From the NCBI GenBank assembly GCA_002269645.1, contig NIVC01002284.1:124001-188000 (forward strand): 64,000 nucleotides of DNA, given 5' to 3'. Below are positions 50,580 through 63,660 of the stretch, in pieces. Under the pieces are notes generated by a model, which was given only the letters and a program-made list of their open reading frames with translations, searched no databases and was not told the origin of the DNA. The translations under genes and the position numbers were made by a program. How positions within the stretch are numbered: the stretch's first letter is position 1; every line of letters starts with the position of its first letter. The DNA is from Macrostomum lignano (taxonomy: Eukaryota).

Positions 50580-52009
50580 ATGTCGGGAGCAATTATCGAC
50601 GACTTCATGAGCTTAATCGCAAATGACACCGAACAACTTGATAATTTAGAGGAGTTCGAAGAACAACTAACTGCTTGTGGCGATCTGAGTGCTGAGTTGC
50701 TCCAGTTAGATGGCATCGAGATCGAAGGACTGCCCGCGAGCACCAGGCGCCAAATGGAAGAGAACGGTAAACGTTTTTTCGAATTTTGTATGAATAGAAG
50801 CCTACGCACCGACTATGCCTCGCTGGATGACAGAACGCTTAATGAATGCCTTCGAATATTTTATTTCCAATTAAAGACAAGAGATGGAAAATATTACGCT
50901 CCTGCATCTCTCGGATGTATAAGAGCTGGAATTCAACGGTATCTGAATATACTGTGCAAGCGTCCGACGAATTTATTGGCAAAGCATACCGATTTTGATG
51001 GAAGCAATCGCATGCTCTGCTTTAAGATCAGGCAGTTTATTGAAGCTGGGCAGCAGAGTCGCCACTATGACGCAATCGAGGAAGGTGACATGCTTAAGCT
51101 TAGACAATACTTTACTAGAGAGGATGCTGAACACCTACAGGATGAGATGTTGTTTACGGTTCTGTATGAACTGGGTGAGCGTGGCCAGGAACACCTACGC
51201 GTCCTGATGGAACGGAACTGTTTGCGGCGAGGTGTAGATGCTTATGGTCGCGAGTATTTGGCCATGCCGTCCCTACCATCCAAGAACCGGACAGCTGACG
51301 TTGACCATCCGGAAAAAGTATTGACGCGAAGCATGCTCGTATTTACAACACGGAGGTCATTGATGTCTACGAAAGTCATTTACCATCGGCCGCTCAATCT
51401 TATTTGCCAAAGCCCCTTAAAGGACTGCCTGGTCAACAGTTCCGGTTCTCTGAGAAATGTGCACGGGGATTTCGATTCTTACAAGATTTCATGAAGACCC
51501 TGAGTGCTAAAGCTGGATTGAGTAAAAATTACACTAATCACTGTATCCGGTAAGTGTTGACCTCTGTTCAAGAATGATAAATGTTTTACAATATTCGTTC
51601 AATAATTATTTATTCTATAACTTTCAGTGTCACTAGAGTATGCGACCTTGAAAGCCGTGGCCATTCGTTGCAAAGCATTATGATGGTAACGGGACACAAA
51701 TGCGAAAAGACCGTGAAGCGATACTTGAGCACGCGCCGCGATCGGAGTTTGTTTAAGAGTTCTGAGGCCGTACACGATGCATTGCATCGTGACATTCCAA
51801 GCGCTGGTGAACAGGCCTCTGGTTCCGGCTTGTGTGCTGCTGAAAAATTTGATAAACCTACCGCCTGCACATCCGTGTTGACTGTCGCCAGCAGCAGTGT
51901 CGCTACGGTATCGTACAACAAACCTGTTCAAATCCAAGCTAGCCCGGCAAAAAAAATGCGTGTCAAAATCGATGGCGGTAATAATTTTATAAGTATTGAA
52001 TTTGAGTAA
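50580..52009 (+). CDS. Second Crypton tyrosine recombinase, near intact (one frameshift near 51315; intron 51550-51627); candidate element 50330-52588
   Basis: FYFQLKTRDGKYY, LGERGQE, YTNHCIR / VT, VTGHKCEKTVKRY; phase-2 GT-AG intron. Confidence 0.82.
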
Positions 52010-52874
52010 CGACTTTTTTGACAAGGATTTTAAACAATTTGTTGCTCGAAAAGGCTATTAACAAAAACAACAAACCAAATTACGCCGGTTCGAAGCCTCA
52101 ACTTACCAAAAAAAACTTGCCTGACCTGATCAAACTTACTTGAAGTACTTAAAGTAAAAGTCAAAATAAACTGCAATTTAAAAAAACTTTTTTGTAATGA
52201 ATACAGTTCCTATTTCCTATTTTGTACGAGCGTATTTATATTGCAATAGATCGTTTTTTAGCATTTATATCATTATACGCTCGTATATTCCAACTGACAT
52301 TGCGAGCAAGTCAGAAAGTTTCTATCCAGTTTCTTGACAAGAAAAATAAAATTAGGAAGAGTTATATCAATATAGCCATTAAAAATGCCTATAATGCAGA
52401 AGTAGTCGTTCGCTTACCTTGCCTTTTGGAGGTGGTTAGTTAGCATGGGACGCGCTAAAAAATACATGTAAGAAAATTATTTTGTTTGCAGCTCTGCACA
52501 CTCGTCTCTTCTAATTAGCTGCGCTCTCGAGGCGCGAACGTGTCGAAGCCCTGTATTGGTAGGCTGGCCTTTGGGCCATAGACAATTTTTTCTAGCACCA
52601 ATCAAGTTTTGACTGCAAGCCGGGAGAGGAATCGATTTTAATACGACGTAAAGTTGTCTATGGCTTTCGTCGTTCGTTTTTAAAGCACACAGAGCAGGAA
52701 AACGAGCTTATTACCAAGTTAGGCCCGGTCATAGACTAAGGAAATCATTTATTTGATGCGAAAGCAATTTATCTGGCCGGGCTCGAGTACTTTAGAATTT
52801 TTGTTCGAACGAAATAACGTGTAAGAAACGAAGAACTGCACTTCTGTCATTAAGTTCTCGAAAAACAAACATTG

Positions 52875-53470
52875 TTAATCGAAAGTAATCGTGACCTTAT
52901 TCGATTCACCACAAATCTCGATTCGCATCTTCTTAGGACTAGGACTCTCGGAGTTGACGGCGACAGTTGACTGTCCTCCTTGGTGGGCAACAACATTAGA
53001 AGAGGTAACAGTAGTAGTTCCAGTGGTAGTACGAGTAATGACGGCAGAGGCCTGGCTCTGGCAGACCATGTGGGTAATGGAATCTCCACCAGCGTTGATG
53101 TTTGTCACTTGGTTCTCGTCTCTTGCGGCAACGATTGCCGATGCCTCCTTATTCTTAGTGACGGTACTTCAGAAGATAATTAAGATCTTGCTTCGTCATC
53201 CCAGAGAGACCTTTAGGACCATCAACGATGGACCACTACCCGTTGACCAACCAGTCTTCTTCTGCTTATTCCAATGCTTGAATACGCCGACGATCTAATC
53301 AGCCTTCTTTTTAGTATTTTCTGGTGTCGCTTTATTCAGTTGCAAATTCAACTCCAACTCGTTCATATCATCGCATGCCGACTCGAAACCACTACATCAC
53401 GGTGTTTGTCGCCTTCGGCCACCATGAACAGTCAAGATTAAAATCCATGTCCGGCAGAGTCAAGTCAAGT
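52875..53470 (-). pseudogene. Internally deleted Crypton derivative (N-terminus and tail, no YR core)
   Basis: KATPENTKKK-like N-terminal helix; tail SPKKMRIEICGESNKVTITFD resembles SPAKKMRVKIDGGNNFISIEFE of the 50580 gene. Confidence 0.55.
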
Positions 53471-54674
53471 AAGTCGTCAGGAATACTCATTGTGATTTTT
53501 TGGTTGGATAAGTCGTTGGTAAGTACGTTGCAGGATTTCATCTTAACTTTCCTCTCGCTTGACACGAACAGAGTAATAAATACATCATTCCCCACTTGTT
53601 TTATTCATTTTGATCGTAAGCGGCTGAGGACGCGTTTATTGGCCGAGGCGAAGCCGAGGGATAACTTAAAATTGGATACAACTACACATCTTACAAAGTA
53701 AACCTTTAAGAATTGAGGAATTAAGAAATTAGTCTTCTTAGACCTAATTTTTAGAGACGGAGTTTTTTATCTCAATGTAAGCGGTGAAAATCAAAACATG
53801 GCTTCAGAATCTGCATGGTAGCGTGACATAAAAATTGAGGATCTGAGAGGGTGGACCAGCAACTGAGGATTTGGGGGGTGGCGAAATAACAGAGGGTGGC
53901 AGTCGCTCAAGTCAAGCTCTGCTTGTAACAATGGTGAGGGGGGGGCAAAATAATTAAGTGTAAGTCAAGTTAAAGTAAAATATGTAATTTGCCAAATCAT
54001 AAAGGGGATGTAAACTTAAGAGTCAAAATGGAGCCCGAAACATTAGGTCCCGATTTCTCTACGCAAATCTCTTCCTTTGGAGCCAAATAGCTCCCGTTAT
54101 GCCTAATACATGTATCTACCACTTTAGCATTTGGGAATCTCTTTGGGGAGAAATGTGATAAATGGGAATTTCATGCCGGAGGCAAATAGAGGGTTCAGAC
54201 ACCAGCCTTTATCTGCTGAAGATACATGTAGGTCCCAGGCGTGAGACAACGCCTGGCCTGTTTCATTCATCACTGGCGAGCTGAATACACCTTCGCGAGC
54301 TGGCCGGCAGCTCGGCCTCCAAATAGTTTTCTTTATCTCAGTTTGCACCTGCCCTGGACATTGGATATCAAACTGGATTGAGCGGCATTGCACGGCTTTC
54401 TCTGCTGTATTTTTGACACTTGAAATGATCGGGTGATCGACAGGCTGCAACTGGCTGCTGTTGGCTGTCTGGACACTAGCAAATATTGCTCGAAAAATCG
54501 GGTCCCATCTTCTTCATAGGCCGCTACAGTGTATGAATTTTTTGATCAGCCAATGGCAGAGCGGCCCTGCGACTACCCTACATGCTCATGGGGCTAATAT
54601 ATTAAGCTTGCCTTCTAATTAAAAAGGTTTAGTCTTGCGTCTGCAGCATCTTCCGCAGCAATCTGAGTTCTACA

Positions 54675-55412
54675 ATGAATGCGAAGGCCGGCCTTATTCT
54701 TTACAGTCTCTCTGCCTGTCTCATTGCTGCTCAAGAGATTGAGCAGTGCTTCAGACAACTCACCAATGGCTCCCTCTGCATCCGCAGCGCCTTCACCCGC
54801 AACCTGAGCGGCATCACCTCGGACCTGCCGTGCTCTCTGTATTGCGGCTCCGATCAGCGCTGCCAGGCCTTCACCACCGCGGACGGTCTGTGCCAGCTGT
54901 TCGTGTTCGACAAGTGCAGCAAGTCGGTGAGGGACTGCAGCTGCTCCAGGAGAGGCCGCCTGTTCGTGAAGCGGCAGCCGGGACTCTCGGCGGGCTCGCT
55001 GTGTCCTGTGGGCTACGGCGACGAGCTGTGCGGAGTGAAGTACCGGGTGCTGAAGAACAACGCAACTTGGGCGGTTCAGAGAGGAAGGTGCGAGTCGGAG
55101 CCAGGCCTGGTGATCATGGCCGATGTCGCTGACGCAGCTGAGCTGAGCCACGTGAATGTCCTGTTTGTCGCTCACTCCCCCACCCATCCAATGTACCTGG
55201 GCGGCTACCGGGTGTTTCCGGGAGCCCAGGTGACAGATGGCTGGTTCTGGGTCGGCTGCAACATCACGATCGGCTCTGTGTGGGGAACTGGTGAACCGAG
55301 TGGATTTAGCGAAATGGCCACCGCTCGATACCCGACCGTATCAGACGTAGTGGACATCACCGATATGGGTCTCTTTGGCGCCCTTTGTGAATGCGTATCG
55401 CCTTTCGACTGA
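54675..55412 (+). CDS. Secreted PAN/apple + C-type lectin protein, 245 aa, single exon
   Basis: Signal peptide; CSLYC..CQAF..CQL PAN pattern; TWAVQRGRC, MYLGG, WFW, WGTGEPS, ALCE C-type lectin motifs. Confidence 0.85.
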   Translation: MNAKAGLILYSLSACLIAAQEIEQCFRQLTNGSLCIRSAFTRNLSGITSDLPCSLYCGSDQRCQAFTTADGLCQLFVFDKCSKSVRDCSCSRRGRLFVKRQPGLSAGSLCPVGYGDELCGVKYRVLKNNATWAVQRGRCESEPGLVIMADVADAAELSHVNVLFVAHSPTHPMYLGGYRVFPGAQVTDGWFWVGCNITIGSVWGTGEPSGFSEMATARYPTVSDVVDITDMGLFGALCECVSPFD

Positions 55413-55929
55413 GTCTGTTGTCGCACACCGTCTCTGTTGAAAATGTCAGAAGCCACGTTTTGGAAACGGACCCTAAGAACTGGTTAAACTGAGTTTTAAA
55501 GATTGCGATTGCCGAAACGTATTTTGCCTTTGACGCACTGCCACCCGTTCCTCACAGGTTTCGCTGTGTTCTGAGCATGCCCGCCTCACAACTGTCACTT
55601 TCAGTTGATCTCCTTGGCTGCCACATGGCTCCCACCGAGCCTGAAACGAATTTGCCTCTGGCTTTTCAAACAGAATCGCAGCTTCTCTTTTCTAAGAAAT
55701 CAAAAATTGCCAAATTCTCTTGCAGATTTTCCTCCACTTCAATGAAGTTAGAATGCGACTTGACGCTTGTATTCTTAGCTATTTTTTATGGATGCAGTCA
55801 GAAGTACAGTACTTGTTGTAATTAATTTTTTATCTGCTCTTGTGACTACAAACCGGTTGGATCTGAGATTTCATTTCACCTCCCACTTCGAGCAGATAAC
55901 CTTGGCTGTTTCCCTTGAATCGTGTACCT

Positions 55930-56668
55930 GACGCTGTGTTCCTTGAATTTAATTCTTGTACCTGTAGCCGTGCTCCTTGAATTTATATCTTGTACCTGTA
56001 GCCGTGTAACTTGAATTTATATCTTGTACCTGTAGCCGTGTAACTTGAATTTATATCTTGTACCTGTAGCCGTGTTCCTTGAATTTATATCTTGTACCTG
56101 TAGCCGTGTAACTTGAATTTATATCTTGTACCTGTAGCCGTGTTCCTTGAATTTATATCTTGTACCTGTAGCCGTGCTCCTTGAATTTATATCTTGTACC
56201 TGTAGCCGTGTTCCTTGAATTTATATCTTGTACCTGTAGCCGTGATCCTTGAACTTATATCTTGTACCTGCAGCCGTGTTCCTTGAATATATATCTTGTA
56301 CCTGTAGCCGTGCTCCTTGAATTTATATCTTGTACCTGTAGCCGTGCTCCTTGAATTTATATCTTGTACCTGCAGCCGTGTTCCTTGAATATATATCTTG
56401 TACCTGTAGCCGTGCTCCTTGAATATATATCTTGTACCTGTAGCCGTGTTCCTTGAATTTATATCTTGTACCTGTAGCCGTGTTCCTTGAACTTATATCT
56501 TGTACCTGTAGCCGTGTTCCTTGAACTTATATCTTGTACCTGTAGCCGTGTTCCTTGAATTTATATCTTGTACCTGTAGCCGTGTTCCTTGAACTTATAT
56601 CTTGTACCTGTAGCCGTGTTCCTTGAACTTATATCTTGTACCTGCAGCCGTGATCCTTGAACTTATAT
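55930..56668. repeat. 34-bp minisatellite, about 21 copies
   Basis: Unit TTGAATTTATATCTTGTACCTGTAGCCGTGTTCC. Confidence 0.95.
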
Positions 56669-58269
56669 CATCTAAACCAAATATATTTTTGACTAGATAA
56701 ATTGATTTTATCAAATGGACTCCACGCAGTTTAGCTCGTGTTTCTGGCAAACAGAAATCGATCATTTTTCTGAAGCCCTGCGTTTTCTCCTGGGTCAGCA
56801 TAAAGCACAAAAATACAGCCCAAATATGAGGAAACATCGCTGCATATTTGCATATTGACAGCAGCTGACTGTTACACCTCACCCAAATCACCTCCGGTTG
56901 CAGGTGCACCTGAATCGAATTTTTTATTGTGCTGATAATTACACATTAAACTTAGTCAGGATCATTTGTTTACGAGCGTGAGATAAGCAAAAAGTTGGAT
57001 TAAAAATATTTTTTCTCCATTCTTCCAATCTCCAAATGGATTGACTTCATCTAGCTCTCCCAGCCTCATAATGCAGCCTCACTTTGGTATGGCTAGCTAT
57101 TTTTGTCGTTTTATTTCGCAGGAATTATCTTGTAGCTGTGCGGAGGTTGAAAAACAACTCAATATTTGATGGAGCAATTTTTGTATGGGCTCCACATCAG
57201 CCTCTTTAATAATTCATGCCAATATCTACCATCCGTAGCAGGATGAAGTTTCTATATCCGCTTCCAGAGACAACTGCTGTGGGATTTGGGGAGCCTGCAG
57301 CGTTCCGCTGAGGCGCTTAAGCTTGACGATGGGCCATGCAGATTCCCCCTCCTGCCCATTTAATCCCAGTTTGATCCCAGTTGATTGATTCTTTTTATGC
57401 AGGCAGATATTTATCGACGCATAGCTGAGACTCACATATAGATGCTGGCTTAAAACAGTTGCCATGCGCGGCCAGTGCATCGAAATTGTTGACAACGTAA
57501 ATTTGTAGCTGGGGACAGCTTGGCCAGCACCGGCTAACAAGAGCGACTTTTTTCCGGCTTCTCTTCAGTCGTAAATCCAGCAACAATTTTTCCAATCAGC
57601 AGTTCACTTCAATTAGTATGCTCAACTATGAGAATTGCGTGTATGAATCAGAAGCAGATCTTGGGGCCCAGTGACCACACGTTAAGGTCCTTGCGAGTCC
57701 CTGTGAGTGAGAACTCGTCAAAGTCCTCTTGCAACATCTGGAGACACTGGAAAGCATTTTATCGGGATGAAATCATGGCCAGGGCCACCATAGCGCCGCG
57801 TAAATGCATTTAAACGATCTGAATGTGTTCTTTTATTTTACGGTAGATCGACAATAGCAATTTCATGTTAAGTGCTTCCATTCTAAGTAGAAAAAAAATA
57901 AGGCCTTGAGTTACTTCATCCACTGACTCCCCAGCAACAGATTAGTCTACTTTTTTTGCAGATACGCTTGTCAGAAATATTGTTCATTGGCAAGCTGGCA
58001 CAAGTGGGTGCTGGTATTTTACCCGGCCCAGCCACTGCGGCCAAACGACCAAACGGCCCCCATGCCTAGTCGACATAATATGAGAGGCTTGTTTCTTATT
58101 TTAACATCAAATCTAAATATTTTAATGAAAAACAAATGCATGAATTACTATTGCCTCCGTATTTATTATCTGGATTTTACCCTCCGCTTTTATATCGATT
58201 CACTATTTGTTATTTTCTAATTTTTTTAATTGTGATTTAATCTTAACGCTTTTACTTGACTTAGCTGCA

Positions 58270-59760
58270 GGGGGCTCCGTGCATCGAAGAGGCGTTGCCG
58301 CCCATTTTGCTAACCCCTGGCGACCTTTCTTTTAGTGCTGCGGTGTCGCGCAGGGAAGATCCGGTGGTGCTGGTGTCCGCAGCGCGGTCCTCCTTCGGAG
58401 AGTCCAGGTGGATGGTCGCTCGAACGGTAGCCCTTGGGTAGCGGACGAGCTAGCAGAGATTCTCGGGCCTGAAAACGTCGACATTCTCGACATTTTCTCG
58501 ACAACGGGCATTCCTCACTACGGATTTTTCCCTCAAGGTGGCGATGCCTAGCTGGCAAAACAGCCATGACCTAAGAGGGCCAAAGTCACCGCCCTGATGG
58601 CCTTGCGGTTGAGTCCAACCAGGGCCCTGCGCAGGGCGGAGGAAAGACAGGGGACAGCAGCACAGGATTGCCGGCAGTCGGGTGCGTTAGCCCATGCACC
58701 TCTCCCTGTGCTTTGAAGCCACCCACTGGTTGATCCGAGTGGTGACGCGGCCGATCGAGCCAAAAGAAGCAAAGCCAAAAAGAACGTCGAACCAGTCTTG
58801 ACCAGGCGATCGGCCAACTCGTTACCGGGGTGGCCCGAGTGTCCGGGAATCCACAAAGTAGGAACACCCTGTTAAAGGCACTAAAGCGATTGAGCTGCCG
58901 AATGCAGTCGAAAACTGTACGTGAGCAGGTGGTGGTGCGCTCAAGGGCGTGGATCGCCGCTCGACTGTCCGAGTGGAGAGTAATCTCCTTCCCCCAGAGG
59001 CGAAGGACCAATCCACAGAGCGACAGTGTCCCAGGAGGTACGAGGTGGCAGTCCGATGGGAGACCATGTACATGATCAAGCGAGTATGGTGCATGCTCGT
59101 GCGTGCCCTGGGATTCCAGGGCACGCCTAAAGGCTTTAAAGAGCACATTATATTGAAATTGTACCATCAATGTCGAGGAAAAGCGAGAGCGCCTATCCAC
59201 CGATAGCACGGCGCGTTTGTCGACAATGGCGTCCAGGACGAAAGGCGTGTTGGTTGGGGGGAGAGCGCGCGGGGAGTCCCTCAGCTCCACGAGGAGGAGA
59301 CGCCAGAGCACCATGCAGCTTGAGTCAGTTTGAGGAAGAAGACGTTAGACTGATGGGGCGGTAAGCTTTGGCAGTGATAGTCTCCCTTCACTGGTTTGAA
59401 TACGAAGACTACGGTGGCCTCTTTCCAGGCTTTAGCACGTACCCCAGGGCAGTTAATGCTGCCCTTGAAGAGGTTGCGAGGAGGCCGAAAAACCTACATG
59501 TACATGTAGCTGTCATTTCTAACTGCCTCAAGGAGGAAGGCAGGATAAATGTTGTCAGGTCCGGTTACATGAAGGGAGAAAAAAATTTAGCGGCGCGAGC
59601 CGTCCTCTCTCTGGTAACGATGGTCGAAGAGCTCGAAGCCAGCTAGGATCTGTCTACCGAGAGAGTCGTCCGGTGGGTCTAGCTGCGGTGCGGCACGTGG
59701 GAAAGAGCTGTTGAGCATGATGTCCAGCGATTCCCCGGGGTTCTCTGCGAGCCCCCGTTG
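58270..59760 (-). mobile_element. Degenerate RNase H-containing non-LTR retrotransposon (I/Loa-like) with an internal deletion of the RT
   Basis: GPDNIYPAF, WKEATVVFVFKP, YRPISLTSF (RT start); [24 protein letters not shown] (RH); LLGHG..C..C tail. Confidence 0.85.
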
Positions 59761-61226
59761 GCCGCTGGCTATATGTACATGGCCATACATCTGTGTAGCT
59801 AAATTAGGATCAACGAAAGCTTTTAAAATAAATGAAAGTTAAAGTGAAAGTATTATGCAACTTGCAACTAAGTTAAGAAGTTGGCCTACAAGCAACTTAC
59901 GATCTCGGCGTTATTTTTTAATTTAATTTTACTTTTACTTGTTTAGTTTTCTTTCTGGCGTACGCCTGCCATGATTCGGACTGTCACCGAATTAACTGTC
60001 ACCGAACTGACCGAATTCAGTATCTGTAATTTCGGCGAAAAACCCGGCAAAAAGGCAACATAATCACCAATCAGGCAATCAATCACTTATTTGATCTTTT
60101 TGCAACTAAACGGAACTAAAAAACATGTTAACCTACAGCCTCGAGAAAGAAATATGCATAAAAAGCTCAAAATTTAGAGGCAAAATGCTTTTGTAAAATG
60201 TATACCTTTGTTATACTTTTAAAATAATTTTAAATGCTAACGTGACCCATGTGGGCGAGCCGAAGGCCCCGTAGTTAATTGAACATAAATCCCAGATTAT
60301 AGAATGATACAATATGTGTATGCCCGCTCGATTCGATAAATAATAAAGATAATTGATAAAGTTTTATTGACCATGCATAATAGAACTACCTGTACTAGGG
60401 GTACACCAAAATGTAATTTTACTCTTTACTTTAGCATTGTGATTTGCCTAGGCTAGACATAGTGTAATATGTAATGCAATTATTGTAAAGTGATGTGAAT
60501 TTTGAATTGGTAATAAAAAATAATTAATTTTAAGTTAGGCCTAATTTAAATTTTATTGGCAATAATACATTCCATAACTCATAGGCCTAACTCATGACGA
60601 TTAAATAAGGAGTATGTCCTAATAAATAATAATATCACTTTTACTTCTAGTCTTGAATCAAATTTTACCTCTTTTAGGAGTAGGAGGCCCTAGCCTTGGC
60701 TGAGAGCAATCACGTAACTAGGCCCTAGGCTACTATTCTGTCCAGTAGCAACTTATGTATGTGTACTATGTTGCCAATACTTAGGGAGTTAGGGTAAATC
60801 CCTAGGGGCCTAGGTTGTACCCAAACATGAAAGTACATTGGCAATCCTTAGCCAACCTAGTGGTGAATCTATTTAGTGTAAATTATGATAGACCAATGGT
60901 GTATTGCAACTTATAGGTGTCACTTATGATATTTTATTTTTTATATTATTTTGTAATAAATTAAAGACTTTACTTTTTAGATAAGTAGGGCCTATTAAAA
61001 CAAAATTATTTTTTAGCCAAAACTAGTTGTAATGCCAATGTAATTTCAGAGGTTGAACATATATGCTAACATGCCAGTATATGTTAAGGCCCCTAGTTTA
61101 AAAAGACAAAGTAGCTTAGGTGGTAAATACATTTATTTTATAATATTTGTTTTCTACTTACTAGTTTAATTTTGTAGCAAGCACTAATAGAATATTAGTT
61201 TGGTATTGTTAACTATTATTGGTATT

Positions 61227-61621
61227 TAGAGGTTGGACGGGATCCCGATCCTGAAATCTCAGGATCCCGAAGAAAATTGAATTCCCGCGGGACCAAAATC
61301 CCAACCCTAAAAAACTCAAGATTCGGGAACAGGTCTTTTGATTAAAAATTTATAGAATTAGTGATTATTTGAAGATATTTTGCTTTAACTTGTACTCGTT
61401 ACATTATTTATTTTGTTGGTTACAAAATTTCATATCAATTTCATTGTGTTTTAGGGGCCTACTTCTTGATCTTGACAATCTTTTCTCAATTTTGTTTAAC
61501 TTTACATGGACAATACACTAAAAGACCTGATCCCAATTCTCAAATCCCAATCCCAATCCCAATCCCAAAAAAAAATTTTTTCCCAATCCCACCCAAAGAT
61601 TTCAATCTCGTTCGCCCTCTA
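61227..61621. mobile_element. Old hAT-type MITE
   Basis: Imperfect TIR TAGAGGTTGGACGGGA / TCTCGTTCGCCCTCTA; 8-bp TSD TTGGTATT. Confidence 0.7.
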
Positions 61622-62430
61622 TTGGTATTTATTTAATACTAAGGCTTTAGTAAAATTGGCCAAGAGTTATTTGTAATTAAAATTTATAGGGTCCTGAATT
61701 ATAGAAAAACTGTTTATGCATTATGGACATTTAAGAAAAATTACAAGTTTTTTATAATTGATAGTCCTATGTTTTAGTTTTAAGACTAGAATCTTGGAAA
61801 CTCAAAATCAACAAATTTAACATTAGATAATTTTTACAATGACACATTTTGGTCTGCTTATACCATTTTTAAGCAGTTTATTGACTGAGTTACAAAAATG
61901 AAAATGATACAATAATATAAATTAAACAATTAGGTAGGTTCTAGGTAAAAAAATTGAATAAAAATAAGAGTATAGGCCTATTATATTACAAAAATTAGAG
62001 TATGGTTTTATCATATAAACATAATAACAGGAAAGAAAATGTGAAAGATTATCATATATATTCAGTTTGTTTGCAAGAGACAAGGTACAAAATTGCACCC
62101 CAATTTCAATATTCAATTTTAAGGCTCAAAGTGCAATTTCTCTTATTAAATTAGGCTTAAGCCTAAAAAATAGGTTATGAGACTAAGACTGCACCTAAAC
62201 TACACTCACAAGATACCAAGCATAAAATCATGGTTTTAATAGGAATGCAGACCAAAATAATGCATTGCTATAGAAAATTAATATTAATTTTGAGCTTCTT
62301 GTTCCCTTTAATACTTAAGCAAATTTAAGTCTTAGATTTTTATAATATACTTTTAAAAAGACTAAGTTTTGAATTTGTTCTCAAAAATGTCAAAACTAGA
62401 TTTTGTGACCTCTCTTAGTCTGCCACAATT

Positions 62431-62770
62431 TCGATATACTAAAAATGAAAATCTTGCTTGTATGCAGTTGATTATCTCCTGAATGGCTGAACCAATTTTC
62501 ATGAGACTTATGCAATCTAAATTGGCTGGGTTGGCTAGTAGTTTTATAATTTAACCATAAATTATATGGTTAAAGCCGCAAATATACATAAGGTAAAATT
62601 GCTTCTCTTAAGGTCTTGATTTTTCCTATATACAAAAATAGTTTGTCAGTATCTATCTAGAAAGTATCTATATGATTGATTTAAGAAAAATATGGCTCAA
62701 TCAATTTTTTTAAACTTGCACCATTAAAACCAGTTTTTCTGTCAATACATGTGCATTGGCTAAAAAATTG
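62431..62770 (+). mobile_element. Two decayed Helitron 5' ends related to the 20-39 kb family
   Basis: TCGATATACTAAAAATGA (62431) and TCCTATATACAAAAAT...AAACTTGCACCATT (62624). Confidence 0.55.
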
Positions 62771-63145
62771 TTCATTCTCCCCCAGTAAAAACTAATGTAA
62801 TTTTGAGTAAATGGCAGGAATAACTATAATTGTATTCTTTGGCTAAGTGCCTTGTTAGCTATATCAGTACCCTGTGGTACAATTACCACTATTTTTTCAG
62901 GTGGGCATTTTTGCAACTTTCTGTATGTATTAGAAATGGATCTAACCCCAATCCACTATTTTTAAAATCCCTGGATCCCAACAAAAATTAGAATCTTAAT
63001 TCCTGAAATGTCCAGCCAGCTAAGGCAAAGTGTAGCCAGAATAGCCTTCTTAGGTTTTTTATTTAGTTTTCAGTGAATTGAGATTTTTATTGCAAAATGT
63101 GTAGAGCACTACTGCAAGTAGCTGGATGTGCAAATTATCCCGCAG

Positions 63146-63486
63146 CAATCGAGAGGCATGCCACTCGCTACCAAATGACCGATGAGCCATTCGAGCGGCA
63201 GGCCGCCGAGTCCCGGCCTCGGCCTCGAAATCTCAGCGTAGCCTCTGCCTCGTCATCTGCGTCCTCGGCAGCCACCAGCGGCCAGGAGGCCCTCCGGCGG
63301 TGCCTGCAGCGCGCCGGCCTGTCCGACTGCGCCGGTCTGTTTCCGGCCGAGTTCTCGCTGTCGCAGTTCCGCCAGCTCACCGCCGACCGGCTGCGCATCG
63401 AGCTGGGCGTGACCGACCAGCGGCTCCGGTCTCGAATTCTCTGCGCCGTGCGCCGGGCCCGCTGCGCCGATGAGTCCGACAGAGAG
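63146..63486 (+). CDS. SAM (sterile alpha motif) domain exon of a gene extending beyond the window
   Basis: LRRCLQRAGLSDCAGLF...FRQLTADRLRIELGVTDQRLRSRILCAV; CAG acceptor and GT donor. Confidence 0.7.
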
Positions 63487-63571
63487 GTGCGCTGGGCTGG
63501 GTTGGGCCGCTGTGCCCGCCGTGGCACGCGGTTTTGCTTATGGGATTGCTGCTTTGTCTCCGCATCTGCTT

Positions 63572-63660
63572 TGTCTGTCTGTCTCAGTGTCTGTCTGTCA
63601 GTCCGTCTGTCTATCTGTTTGTCTGTCTGTCTAATGACTTCCTTGTCTGTCTGTTTGCCT
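63572..63660. repeat. Imperfect (GTCT)n microsatellite
   Basis: Direct reading. Confidence 0.85.

Noticed and set aside
57226-57780. Minus-strand coding-looking fragments
   Set aside because: Interrupted by stops and not assignable to a family by eye.
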